The notes: generated by a model from the letters alone, not told the origin. 64,000 nt of DNA from the human T2T-CHM13v2.0 reference genome, Homo sapiens (GCF_009914755.1 NC_060932.1); one strand, 5' to 3'; counted from the stretch's first letter, positions 1 to 19,073 are shown. Numbers and translations are program-made.

Positions 1-651
1 TAAGGGTTCATACACACAGGTTCTGGGGATTAGGGTGTGGGAAGCTTTGGGGCTATTATTCTGCTGACCAGTAACTTGCTGAGTGCCCAGGGAACCCGCT
101 GCAGGTCTCTAAAGTTCTCTCTGGGCAGCGCTTTCTCTGGTATGAGAGACTGCAGACTCCGGCCGCCTTGGTATCGGCCGGCACTCCCCGTTCTGTCTCA
201 TCAGCTTAGGTGTTTTGCTGGGCCCTAGGACTGGGTCCTCTCTCCAGGCAGTGAGCTGGGCTCTTAGGGCTCCGCCTCATTTCCTACCTCTCAGGCCGCA
301 CAGTCCTTCATTTTCTGATGTCCATTGTCCTGAGAAACAGTGGTTTCTTGTGTCTCGTCCAGTTTTTTAGTTGTCCTGTGATTCTCGCCTGGGCCGGGAG
401 CAGGCAAGTCCAAGTCCATGTGCCCATTTGTTTTGTTAGCTCCTGTTTGAGTTGGGTGAGCGTGGCTGCTGCACTGGAAGGGGTGCTGCACGGTCGTGGA
501 CTGGCGTTGGTTCCGCCCGTTTCTTCCTGGACGACGGAGCTGGGCAGTGCTGGCTACCCGCAGGGCACAGCCTCTGGTCCCAGAGCCCGGCCACTCAGCC
601 CAGCTTCTCCGCCTCCCAGCTCAGCTCAGGCCTGGGAACTCTGGCTTGTGA

Positions 652-1745
<1,094 letters not shown>

Positions 1746-2493
1746 AGATTTCTATGATTTCTTACTTCGCCTCCAACCCATGTGTGCACAGCGCAGGGAG
1801 GTGTCCTGGCTGGTCAGGGATGGGTCATGGTGTCTCTCCTTCATTTTTCTCTGGAGTATGTTAGCAAGGAATGGTGGATGGGAGGTGATCAAGGGAATTA
1901 AGGGGCTGGTGGGAGACTCAGAGAACAGAGAATGTGAGTGTTAGGATGCTGGCTGCCATGCTTATGGTGGGCCTGCAGCCCCTCTGATGACGTAGGTCCT
2001 CAGAAAGCGTGACACAAGACTTGAATGTGTGTCCGTGGTGAAGAGGCAGAGGGAACTTGGACGCTTCCTGGACTCGATTCTTAGGCACCATTGTTGCATG
2101 CAGTGGCGCATGGCATGTGATGTGTGAAAGCTGTGGTGCCCGTGCTCAGTTCCTCACAGTGTGGAGGAGGATGCTGTAGGTGGAGGTGCATCCACTCCTG
2201 CTGGGGCTGATGGTGACGAGGTGACACTGTGGGCCAGCTGTGGACAAGCCTGTGCAGGCCAGTGAGGTGCTGGTAGGGACTGATGGGTGCTCAGGGATGG
2301 AGGAGAGCTGGAAACTGTTGAGGATCATGATGCCTTTTGCCCTCCCTGAGTGGCTCAAAGAAAATGTGACGGAGATATTTCCCCCAGAATAAATTCATTT
2401 AAATTGTGTATTTTACATGGAAATGGTAATTGCCTGTGAACTCAGATATCGTAGAGGCTTATGAATTAAATCTTGTGATTTTGGTTATTCCAG

Positions 2494-2539
2494 ATGGGAG
2501 AAGAAGTTGTCCATGTTCACACTGGGTGAAGGAAGCTGA
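2494..2539 (+). promoter_or_regulatory. Two overlapping uORFs in the 5'UTR part of the ATG exon (2494-2529 MGEEVVHVHTG*; 2513-2539 MFTLGEGS*)
   Basis: Translated directly from the sequence; both stop before the main ATG. Confidence 0.6.
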
Positions 2540-2549
2540 AACCACAGAC

Positions 2550-2571
2550 ATGACTGAGTCCTCCATGAAGA
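2550..2571 (+). CDS. MROH1: MROH1 coding exon 1 (MTESSMK+A); whole exon 2494-2571 includes 5'UTR
   Basis: ttattccag acceptor ending 2493; ATG 2550; A|GTGAGT donor at 2572; joins in phase to 7020. Confidence 0.93.
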
Positions 2572-2817
2572 GTGAGTGCATGGGGATTGGGAGTGGCCGG
2601 GTGTGAGGCCTCTCTTGCCTCTGGGTGGTCAGGGCAGGCCAAGGCTCTTACCAGCTCCAATGGTGCCTAGAGTTTCCACCCTATACTCGGGAGCCTGAGT
2701 GGGTTCTGGGCAGGTTGGGTGATGTGGCAGGTGTAGACTTCTCCCACACGAGCCTTCAGTTTGGGACTCCAGAAAAGCACATGGCATCCAGGATGTGATT
2801 TGAAGGTTTGTTTTACT

Positions 2818-3420
<603 letters not shown>

Positions 3421-3484
3421 TGGACTGACTGTTGAATGAACATGCTCTCTCCAGGTTTTCATCAGAAAAAAAAAATTAGCAGTT

Positions 3485-5018
<1,534 letters not shown>

Positions 5019-5890
5019 GTGGCGTGGAAGTTGTAGCAGCATTGCCGGTGTAGTAGAGAGCACAGATTTGCCCAGAGGCTCAGTTCAGCCTGCTCGGAGC
5101 GGGAGGCTCCCTGGGTGGCCGAGCCTCTGCACCTGAGCACGCAGGCCCCGGTTCAGCTCTGGGGTCCGCTCGGGCTGCCCCCGCGTCCCCAGCTGAGGCT
5201 GTGGCTCCCTTAAGGCTGACTGTGTGCGGGGCCAGGATGGGTGAAGCTCTGCCCACTTGTCCCTGCTCCCTAGAGCTCTGTCCAAGGGATGAGCCACACC
5301 TCAGGGCTCTATAAGTGCCACTGTTGGGTGCCATGTCTTGAGCTTGAGGGACACCGAGAGGCCCGGAATGGCACTGGGGTGTTGATGGGTGGAGGTGGGG
5401 TGGTGAGAAGCGTCTGTGAGTACAAGTGGGGCTGGGGCGCCGCCCAGCCAGGGCACTGCAAAGCAGTGAGGAGGTGGGGTCGAGGGAGGGGGGACTAGCC
5501 TCACTGCCCTCAGAGGGCAGGCTCCCAGAGCACGTGAGACCTGGTGCTTCCACACGTGAACGGCCACAGCCGGAAAAGCAGATGCAGACCCAGTTCAGTA
5601 CGGGCCGGGTTTGCTTTACTGGCTGAATGTGGCCTTAGGTACAGTCAGATCTCATTGATTTGGATCAGCCTGTTTGTCTAACTACTGGACTTTGGAAATG
5701 GAGGGCTGTTAAAAGTCCAGCTTCCTGCTCAGGAAGGAATATCTTCCCAGAGGGAGACTGAGTCACGCACTGATGCCTGTGTGTTCCTCTGCCCCAGCAG
5801 GTGCCTCCTGGGATGTCCTCGTTGGCAGCCTGGGTGTGGTGCTGCTGGAGCAAAAGAGAGGGGACATCCACAAACCAGCCTGGAGGGTCT

Positions 5891-6336
5891 TGTTGGGGTG
5901 GAGTGGCCGGTTGTTGGGGTGGAGTGGCCAGATGTGGGGTGGAGTGGCCGGTTGTGGGGTGGAGTGGCCGGTTGTTGGGGTGGAGTGGCCGGTTGTTGGG
6001 TGGAGTGGCCGGTTGGGGTGGAGTGGCCGGTTGTTGGGTAGAGTGGCCGGTTGTTGGGGTGGAGTGGCCGGTTGTGGGGTGGAGTGGCCAGATGTGGGGT
6101 GGAGTGGCCGGTTGTGGGGTGGAGTGGCCGGTTGTTGGGGTGGAGTGGCCGGTTGTTGGGTGGAGTGGCCGGTTGTTGTGGTGGAGTGGCCAGTTGGGGT
6201 GGAGTGGCCGGTTGTTGGGTAGAGTGGCCGGTTGTTGGGGTGGAGTGGCCGGTTGTGGGGTGGAGTGGCCAGTTGTTGGGTGGAGTGACTGGTTGTTGGG
6301 GTGGAGTGGCTGGTTGTCGGGGTGGAGCGGCCAGTT
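5891..6336. repeat. Minisatellite, ~21-bp unit GGGGTGGAGTGGCCGGTTGTT, ~21 copies
   Basis: Direct inspection. Confidence 0.95.
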
Positions 6337-7019
6337 GGCACAAGTCCCTGGGATGCTTGGCCTGCCCTTTCCCATGTACAGGGAACCACCTGGCCTTGCC
6401 TGTAGAGCACTACATTTATTCAATGATTTTCTTGATTCAGCTGTGGTCCATGGGGACTGAGAGCCATAGGATGAGGCTATGTCTTTATTCCTTCATGTAT
6501 TTCTCACTGCTGGGGTCTTGGACCCTCTGCCCAGCACCTGCCTGTCAAGGGCTATGTGTGGGCAATGGGGCCATGGGGAACCCCAGGCTGCCTGGGCATA
6601 GACCCTCGGGGAGCCTTCCTGAAGGGTCTGGCTGGTGAGTGAGCCAATGTCTTCAAGGAAGCTCAGGCCATGTGATCAGGACCAGAACAGCCTCATGCCT
6701 GCCTGTGTGGGAGGCAGGCTATGTCCTCTGTGTCGCTCAACCCTGATGGGCTAAATAGTGTGTCCTGGCCAGGCAGCTCCTCAGGGGCAGCTGGAATGTG
6801 AGCCCTACAGCTCCACAGCCTGTCACCGCAGTGCACCTGACCCCTGCAGCAGCTCAGGTGGAGGGAGGTTATACAAGAGAGAAAGCAGCTGTGCCCTCTC
6901 CTGCTCTGTGTCTGTGATCCTCAGAGGCTGCAGGTGTGTCCACTGCAGGAGTGGCAGCCGAGGTGTGATAGGAGAGGGCGCTTGGGCCTGAGCATGCTAA
7001 CCAGGCTTTGTCACTGCAG

Positions 7020-7165
7020 AGCTGGCCTCCACCCTGCTGGACGCCATCACCGATAAGGACCCCCTGGTGCAGGAGCAGGTCTGCAGTGCCCTGTGCTCCC
7101 TCGGGGAGGTGCGGCCGGTGGAGACGCTCCGTGCCTGCGAGGAGTATCTGCGGCAGCATGACAAG
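7020..7165 (+). CDS. MROH1: MROH1 coding exon 2 (KLASTLLDAITDKDPLVQEQVCSALCSLGEVRPVETLRACEEYLRQHDK)
   Basis: ctgcag acceptor, AAG|GTATGT donor, 146 nt phase 1->0; recognisable MROH1 N-terminus. Confidence 0.95.
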
Positions 7166-8184
7166 GTATGTGTGCTCCTTGGTGGGGATGATGTTGTCAG
7201 GGCCATGGTCGGTTGGGGCTTACTTGGTTTGGGAAGAGACAGTCCAGCCAGGAGCAGTGGGTCGGGTGTTACGCAGGGGTGGCCACATGTCTAACCCCCT
7301 CCACACGTGCCTATGTCAGGATGGGTAACCTGCCTTGTCTCATCATGAGTGGGGTATGGCCACATCCCCCCACCACGGCACTGTTCAACCCTCCTGGTCG
7401 AGGCTCTTTGCTGCCCCTTTTACTCACTAAGTGGAGGCCTAATGGCCGGGCTGTGTGCCTAGTGCCTGAGGGACAGACCATGGTCCCTGCCTGAGGGACA
7501 GAAGGTTGTTTCTGAGAGAATCTCATCAACCCAAGGGGCCAGAAACACTGATAAGTGCTCAGAGAGTCCCCAAGGGCCCGGCGCTGCTGGTCTTCCCGCA
7601 CCCTCAGGGAGGGGCTGCCCAGGAGGGGCCAGGGCCTTGCCTTGCTGTGCTGGAATGTCCTGTCCTCCCACTCAGGAGAGCTACAAGAGCCTCTTGGGAA
7701 CTCTCTCTTCAGCCTCACAGGGATGCCAAATCAGTGATCCGAACCCTAGGACAGACGTGGCCCGGCTGGCTCTCACCTCCCAGGATTTCGGCCTCGCCTG
7801 ATCTTGGTTCAGTGGTTCTCTGTCACCGCTGACAGCGTTAGCACTGCATTGTTTGAAACTGTTATGCACGCTTTCTAGTTTTTCTCTGTGTGTGTGGTTT
7901 GGGCTGTTCTGGGAAGGGGAAGAGGCTTTTGCAGTATCAAAAGGCCATTATTCTTTTTGTTTTATTTAACATTTTGGTATGTAAAAAGGGACCTCTATAC
8001 AGTGTATTTCTTATCAGCTACCATCTCCTGGGGAAGATGACCCAGTTCCATGAAAATACCTGCCCACTGCCGTGGCCTGGCGGCACTTCCTGGGGCAGGG
8101 TCTCTCCTTTCTTCCTCTGTCAGCTGTCTTAGCTGTTTATTTATATTTTTATTTTTAATAAATTTATTTATTCATTATTATTAT

Positions 8185-8856
<672 letters not shown>

Positions 8857-9664
8857 AATATTTACAGGTTTTATGGCTGCCTTGGGGGAGAATGAGGAGG
8901 AGAGAGAGGAGGGCAGAGCAGATCTGAGAGGGACTTTGCTCCTGAGCCTCCGTTCTGGGGTGTCCTCCTCTGAGCCCCAGCCACTCCATGCTTGTCCTAC
9001 TTTGTTTCTGATTTTACCCCTTTTCTAACCTTTACATTTTTTTAACTGAATTTTTAAAAAGTCTGCCTTCACAGTTGCATATTTACATATTATACACATG
9101 CTGAGCTGGAAGCACTGACCCTGTGGGCTGTGACCCTTCCCAGGGACTTTCCCTGCCCTAGTCCTCTTCTGTCGTCTCCTCCTGCAGACCGCCTCCAGGA
9201 GGTTTGGGTCACAGCCTCCAGTTTCTGCCATTTGTTTGTGGATCTCACCGCATTTGCACTTCGCTTGATTGCGTCTTGCCTAGATAGCAGGCATGGTTCA
9301 AAGCCCACTGAGTCTCTCCAGAAAGATGTGGAACAATAGGGAAAAGCAATGCCACATCCCCCTCCAGGCCTCAGATGTCAGCACAGTGTCCTGGGGTACT
9401 CCTGGAGCTTTACAGGTTTCAGCTCCTGTCTGGCGTCTGTATCTGTGGTTCTGTTTTTATGAACCCAGAGGCCCATGACTTTGTAGCATGCCACCTGTGC
9501 CACCGAGGGGTGCTGGGCCTCACGGTTTTAGACACATCCAGTCTTGTACACGTCAGCCAGGGTTCTGCACAGGACAGACAGACTCCTCAGGGGCCGTCAG
9601 GCCATGGGGAGGGACGGGATTTGGGGAAGAGAAGCAAGAATAGTAAAACTGGATTTTCAAATTC

Positions 9665-10200
9665 TGTGAGTGGAAAAACTCAAACTCACATTGTTTTCTC
9701 TGCTCTTACACCACGCAACAATCAACACAGAAGATTTCTGTGACCAAATGGGGGGGATTTCTCTCCACCAGTAAACAGCAGTCAGTTGTGCAGTGGACAC
9801 CAGCTGGGTGTCCTCAATTCAATCCCAACACCATCCACCTGGAGGTCGCGTCAGATCTGGCAGGTGGAGGGCTCAGTCCCACACAACAGCCCTGCTTCTG
9901 ATGCCAGTCGCAAGCCCCAGGTGTGGCCTGTGCTTCTGACCGACCTGCCATGAATCAGGGTTTTCACGACCCCCTCCTCAGGCTTGATGAATTGCAGCAG
10001 TGGCTCACAGAATGCAGGGACAGAGTGGCCTGCGTTTACCCATTTATGACACAGGCTGTGACGAAGGGTGCGGGTGCCCAGCAGGTGGAGGAGACGCTTG
10101 GGCAGGAATGGGGAGGGGCGCGGAGCTCCCGGGCCCTCCTGGGAACCACCTCCAGGCACCTGCGTGGGTTCCGCTACCGGAAGCTCCTTTTGAGGGTTTG
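9665..10200 (-). mobile_element. MER21-like LTR
   Basis: TTCTGTGACCAAATG...GACACCAGCTGGGTGTCCTCAATTCAAT resembles MER21 consensus. Confidence 0.6.
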
Positions 10201-10274
10201 TGCTCAGTTGCGCGCATGCTCACTTGAGGCATTCTTCCCTTACCAGCCAAGTGTTTCTAGAGGAGGGCCATATA

Positions 10275-10584
10275 CCGGTTAAACACCACCATTTCACCTC
10301 AGTGTGCTTGCTGGAGCCCATTCACCCAACTCCTGAGATCCTCTAAGGAAGCTGCTGTCACCAGCCTTAGGTGTTTTCTTTCTTTTCCTTATTCCGCCAT
10401 GCAGAAGCTTTAGGTGTTTTCCATCTGTTGTGAGACTGTCTTTCCCTGGTGCTGGCAGTGACCAATTATTATTTTAGAGAGACACCTAAACAACTGCCTG
10501 ACCATCACCTGATGACCGCCTGACATTCCTAGTTGGGGGCCTCTCCTGCCCTGTTCATGTCTGCCTAGTGGCCTACTCTAACAC
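10275..10584 (-). mobile_element. MER39-like LTR fragment
   Basis: Ends ...CTGCCTAGTGGCCTACTCTAACA (TGTTAGAGTAGG start on - strand). Confidence 0.55.
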
Positions 10585-10639
10585 CCTCTTGTCCAAGGAG
10601 ACCCGGGAGCGACGTGGAAAACTACCTTCCAGGCTACGA

Positions 10640-11716
<1,077 letters not shown>

Positions 11717-12103
11717 GTATTTTTATTTAAAGGGGCTTATTATGTGTTTGCTTTCCTTGAAGAACTTTCCTAAGTGGGCCTTTTCCAACTGTGAATGGAG
11801 GCAGGGCTGTGAAAGTTATGGTACTTTTTTTTTTTTTTTTTTTTCCTGAGGCAGAGTCTCGCTCTGTTGCCCAGGCTTGAGTGCAGTGGTGTGATCTCAG
11901 CTCACTGCAACCTCTACCTCCTGGGTCAAGCAATTCTTGTGCCTCAGCCTCACAAGTAGCTGGGACTACAGGCACGTGCCACCACTCCTGGCTAATTTTT
12001 TTTTTGTAGTTTTAGTAGAGATTGGGTTTCGCCATGTTGGCCAGGTTGGTCATGAACTCCTGACCTCAAGCAATCCACCTGCCTTGGCTTCCCAAAGTGC
12101 TGG

Positions 12104-13099
12104 TGATGTAGGATTCTTCTTTTTTATTTATTTATTTATTTTATTTTTATTTTTATTTTTTTTTTGAGACAGAGTCTCACTCTTGCCCAGGCTGGGCTGG
12201 AGTACAATGGCGCAAACCGGCTCGCTGCAACCTCTGCCTCCTGGGTTCAAGCAGTTCTCCTGCCTCAGCCTCCTGAGTAGCTGGGATTACAGGTGCACGC
12301 CACCACACCTGTCTCATTTTTTTGTATTTTTAGTACAGGTGGGGTTTCACCATGTTGGTCAGGCTGGTCTCAAACTCCTGACCTGATCCACCCACCTCGG
12401 CCTCCCAAAGTGCTGGGATGACAGGCCTGAGCCACTGCGCCCAGCCATAGGATTCTTCTTCTTGGTCCCTTTGCAAGCCCTAGCGATGCCCCACCTGGGC
12501 CTTGCCCAGCCATGCTGGCGTGCCTCAACTTGCCTACATTATAGCTTGTAACTGTGTTTGGCGGTTCCTGAGCTCTTACACCACACCCAAGAAGAATGAG
12601 GATACAGTGGACATTGAAGGGTGAGGAGGGCAGAGAAGAATTTTATTGAGCGATGAAAATGGCTCTTGGGGGAGAGGGGAGCTGGAGAGGGGACAGGAAG
12701 GACAGGTCATGTTCCCCAAAGTCAGGCTGTCTCTTCGCCCAAGTTAGGCCACCTCCCCTCTGCCAACTGAGTCTGGGGTCTTTATAGGCACAGAATGAGG
12801 AGTGTATGCTGATTGGTTTGTAAGTCTGCAAAAGAGGTTAAAGTGAAGACACCACTCAAAGGTGGGCGTGATGGTATAGAAAGCCAATTAGAAAAGGGTA
12901 GGTATATGTAAAATAGGTGAAGGGTGGGGATCAATCAGAGGAAAGCACACCAGACAGGAAGACAGGCTCTCAATCTGGTCCCAGGATTTTACTTGTAGCT
13001 TGGCTTTCAGGCTTTAAACTGTTTTTGGCTTGGAGGTGGGGTTTCTCAGGGGACCCACCCCTCTCTACCTAGGCATTTGGCTGCCTCCTGTCACTATCA
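12104..13099 (-). mobile_element. LTR27/28-like ERV1 solo LTR nested in an Alu and itself carrying an Alu
   Basis: TG...CA termini; end GCATTTGGCTGCCTCCTGTCACTATCA; splits Alu GTGCTGG|GGATTACA. Confidence 0.7.
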
Positions 13100-13223
13100 T
13101 GGGGATTACAGGCATGAACCACCATGCCCGGCCAAAAGTATGGTACTTATACCATAAAATCAAACAATTCAAACCAACCCTGGAACACAAGTAATACATA
13201 ACCTTTTTTTTTTTTTTTTTTAA

Positions 13224-13388
<165 letters not shown>

Positions 13389-13863
13389 TAGAAACAGGGC
13401 CTTACTATGTTATCCAGGCTGGTCTTGAACTCCTAGGCCCAAGTGATCCTCCCACCTTGGCCTCCCAAAGTGCTGGGGTTACAGGTGTGAGCCACTGTGG
13501 CTGGCCCTATCCATTTTTTGTAAAATGTAGATTCCTATGCCTTTTTCATGGGTTCCTATGTTTTCCAGTTGCATAACCCATTGCAGACTTGCTGAGTCAG
13601 CCTGTCACCCTGCACTGAGCACTCAATCACCAGGACACAGAGTGACAGATGGAGATGCCACAGTTGTGAGTGGAATCTGGAGAACTCAGTCCCAGGACTC
13701 ACTTCTCCCTATTGTTTTCCTCTGGAAAAAAGCAAAGATTTCCCTCAAACTTCCTCATATACATGAAGAGAATTAGTAGCTAAAGATGGAAGCATAATGC
13801 AACTTGAGATGTGTTTCCAAGATCAAGAACCAGAGGAGATGGCAGCTGTGGGTCTGGTCAGGT

Positions 13864-14150
13864 GGGTATTAATGCCCTGCTGCACCTGAGCTTCTCCTCC
13901 CAGCAGCGGATCTGGTCGAGTGGGTATAAATGCCCTGCTGCACCCAAGCTGCCCCTCCCAGCAGCGGGTCCGGTCGGATGGGTATAAATGCCCTGCTGCA
14001 CCCAAGCTGCCCCTCCCAGCAACGGGTCCAGTCGGATGGGTATAAATGCCCTGCTACACCTGAGCTGCCCCTCCCCCCCTCCCAGCAACAGGTCTGGTCG
14101 GATGGGTATAAATGCCCACTTGCTGTACCCAAGCTGCTGCTCCCAGCTCA
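13864..14150. repeat. 58-bp minisatellite x5 (GGGTATAAATGCCCTGCTGCACCCAAGCTGCCCCTCCCAGCAGCGGGTCCGGTCGGAT)
   Basis: Unit starts 13864, 13922, 13980, 14038, 14104. Confidence 0.95.
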
Positions 14151-14346
14151 GCCATGCTCTGACTAGATAGAACCAGACCAATTTACACTGATTTTCAATT
14201 CTTTCCTCCCCAGTTCCTGCACTATACCGGCCGTGCTGCCCCGGCAGTTAATCCACCCACTTAGAGCCTCAGCTCTGCGACGTCCCAGGTGGGGATGGGC
14301 TTCTCAAGGACTACATTGTCTCCTACCTGGGAAGAGTGTCTAGATA

Positions 14347-15550
<1,204 letters not shown>

Positions 15551-16312
15551 AATGATTCTCTAATACAGAATTTAAATACAGTCTGCCTGCAGAAGCCTTA
15601 AGGGAAAGGGAGTCATGTGTAGCCGGTGGGTGGAGGTGGCTGGTACAGTGAGACTGATTCCCCACCTGCCTCACTCTTGCCTCACTGCGGCGTCAACACT
15701 CAAGGATGGGAAATCTAACAGTGAAAATCAACCCCAGCTGAAGTTCTTCCCCTGGAGAATTGGCAGGTTCCACGTGAACTTAGTGTTCCGTGCTGAGGCT
15801 TGTGACCTACATTGGCTATTTTGAAGAACAAAAATCACTCCCACTCGTGGGCCTGGGGCTAAACCATGACAGTTTGTAACTGGTTTCGCAGAGTGGCAGT
15901 GAGCAAGTCTGTCTGCTGCTACTGATGCTGGGACTCTCAACGTTTGAGATAGTTGCGTGATTCTGAACATGTATGCCACAGCCACGTGCGGCACGTGTAT
16001 GTGGGCCTGGGAGCTGCCTGGCGCTGCCCCGTCACTGGCACTGCTGCATGCCAGGGCCAAGTGCGTGTCAAGTGGCTGGGTGTCAACTTCAAATAGTTTC
16101 TGAACAAAACCAAGACTTTCACGAAGCTCCCAATCCTTCCTACTATTGTTTCTCCTCCAAACGACCTTGTCACGCTTTCCTTCAAATGTCCTGCGTGGCT
16201 GTCTTCACTGAGCCGGTAGCACTTCTCCTATGTGGGCCCACCTCCACCTGCCGTGGCGGCCATAGCTGTCAGAGTGGATGAGGGGAGTGCAGACCCTGTG
16301 ACCATCAGTGTC

Positions 16313-17319
<1,007 letters not shown>

Positions 17320-18158
17320 GAGCCTGTGGGCCTCTGGGCCGCCCTGTGCCGGCCATGTTGCCTGGTGCAGGCTGCTCTCAGGGTGGTGGAGGGAGGGGCC
17401 ATGGTGGGTGCATCATTGGGGAGGGGCTGTCAACACAGGGTGGCTGGGTGCCCCAGGTTCCTTTCCTGGGTTGGGCAGTAGCCTACTCTGCTGTGTGCCC
17501 CCGCGGGTCCCAGCTTTCAGTCCCAGTCCTTGGTGTGTCCCCAGTTGAGGCAAGGACAGTGTGTGCTCTTTGGATTTACAGTGGAGGTGGTGGTCGACAG
17601 GAGAGCTGCTTAGGGGGAGGATGAAGGCAGGTGGTTGGACTCTGCGGAGGGTTAACCTGGGAGGTGGAGGTGGCTTGGGGGCGTGGCAGAAGGTGGTGTG
17701 GTGGGTGGCGTTTTTCCTTAGCAGCCTTGGGGAGGGGCCGTTGGATACAAGCACTAGCCTAGCGGCAGAGACTGAGGCCATGACCACTGAGCTGGGGACA
17801 GGAGTGTGCTCCTCCTCTGACAGGGGAGGGCAGGGCAAGGAGGTGGAAGGGTCCTGGGAGTGTCATGTGACTGGGAGACCCTACTGACTACCCCTGGAGG
17901 AGAGAAGCCCCCCGCCTCGCCCTCTGCATGTTGGTTGTCTGGCGCAGGATAACGCTCCACCCTTCTGGAGATGGGCCGTGAGTGTGAGGCTTGCAGGCCG
18001 GCTTTTAGGGCGTGAGGAGTGATCAGGTGTACCCCTCCCCTCCTGCACTTGAGGCAGAGAGATTTGTGCGGTTTCATCTTGTAGAGACAGTGACAGGCAC
18101 TCAGAGTGTCTGGGTGTGGGGCTCACCTGGGACCGACCTGGACGGTGTCTCTCCGCAG

Positions 18159-18290
18159 CTGGCACACCCATACCGAGCAGCGGTCCTGAGGGCCATGGAG
18201 AGGGTCCTGAGCAGTCGCGCCAGTGAGCTGGACAAGGACACAGCCAGCACCATCATCCTCCTGGCCTCCAGCGAGATGACCAAGACGAAG
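18159..18290 (+). CDS. MROH1: MROH1 coding exon 3 (LAHPYRAAVLRAMERVLSS...SEMTKTK)
   Basis: ctctccgcag acceptor, AAG|GTATTC donor, 132 nt phase 0->0. Confidence 0.95.
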
Positions 18291-18826
18291 GTATTCAGCA
18301 GGCCCTCTCGCCTCGCAGACTCAGGCCTAGCTTGGGAAGGGAAGCTGCTTCTTGGCCTTTCTACCCAGCAGCCTTGAGAGTATAGGGTGGTGTTTGGCTG
18401 CCTTGGGCTGGCAGATGCCCTTCGGTCTCATGCATCACCCTGCAGGGGTGGGGGGTGGTCCCCTGTGATTTTCAGAGGCAGCAACTGAAGCAGAGAGCAA
18501 GTTGCCAGAACTCAGCACACGCAGGACCGTGGTGTGCGTGCAGCTGGGGCCAAAGGCTGTGCCCGGCATTGGGGTTGGTGCAGGGCTCTGGTGGGCCTAA
18601 CTCTCAGGGCACTGAGTGCAGCCCCCTCTCACCAGGGCTCTGCTGCTCCTGCGTGTGGGGTCTCCTCAGCAGCCCCTCAGCAGAGGAGGCTGTGCCCGCC
18701 ACCTTCCCTGACCTGCACTTTCTGGGGACGCTGAAAACAGCGTGCGCTTGTCCAAGGCTGGCAGCGACTGAGGGCAGAATGTCTTGGTCTTGCCTTTTGG
18801 TCTACCTGCCGGTGTTTTGGGTTCAG

Positions 18827-18989
18827 GACCTGGTCTGGGACTGGCAGCAGGCGGCGAGTGGCGTCCTGGTGGCCGTGGGAAGACAGTTCATCAGCAAGGT
18901 GATGGAGGAGCTGCTGCGCAGGCTGCACCCTGGGACCCTGCCACACTGCGCCGTGCTGCACACCCTCGCCAGCCTCTCGGTGGCCAACG
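18827..18989 (+). CDS. MROH1: MROH1 coding exon 4 (DLVWDWQQAASGVLVAVGRQF...LASLSVAN)
   Basis: gttcag acceptor, G|GTAGGT donor, 163 nt phase 0->1. Confidence 0.95.
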
Positions 18990-19073
18990 GTAGGTGACGC
19001 GCGGCCTGCCCCAGGAGGAGCACGGGGCGCTGGAAGCCTTGGCGGAGGCCTTTGACGGTGTCCTCTCTCACAG

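Noticed and set aside
5665-6638. Overlapping ~200-250-aa mucin-like ORFs
   Set aside because: Produced by the 21-bp minisatellite.
7109-7111. Codon 38 is GTG (Val); I vaguely recall Ala in a reference protein
   Set aside because: Cannot be verified without a database; at most a common coding variant.
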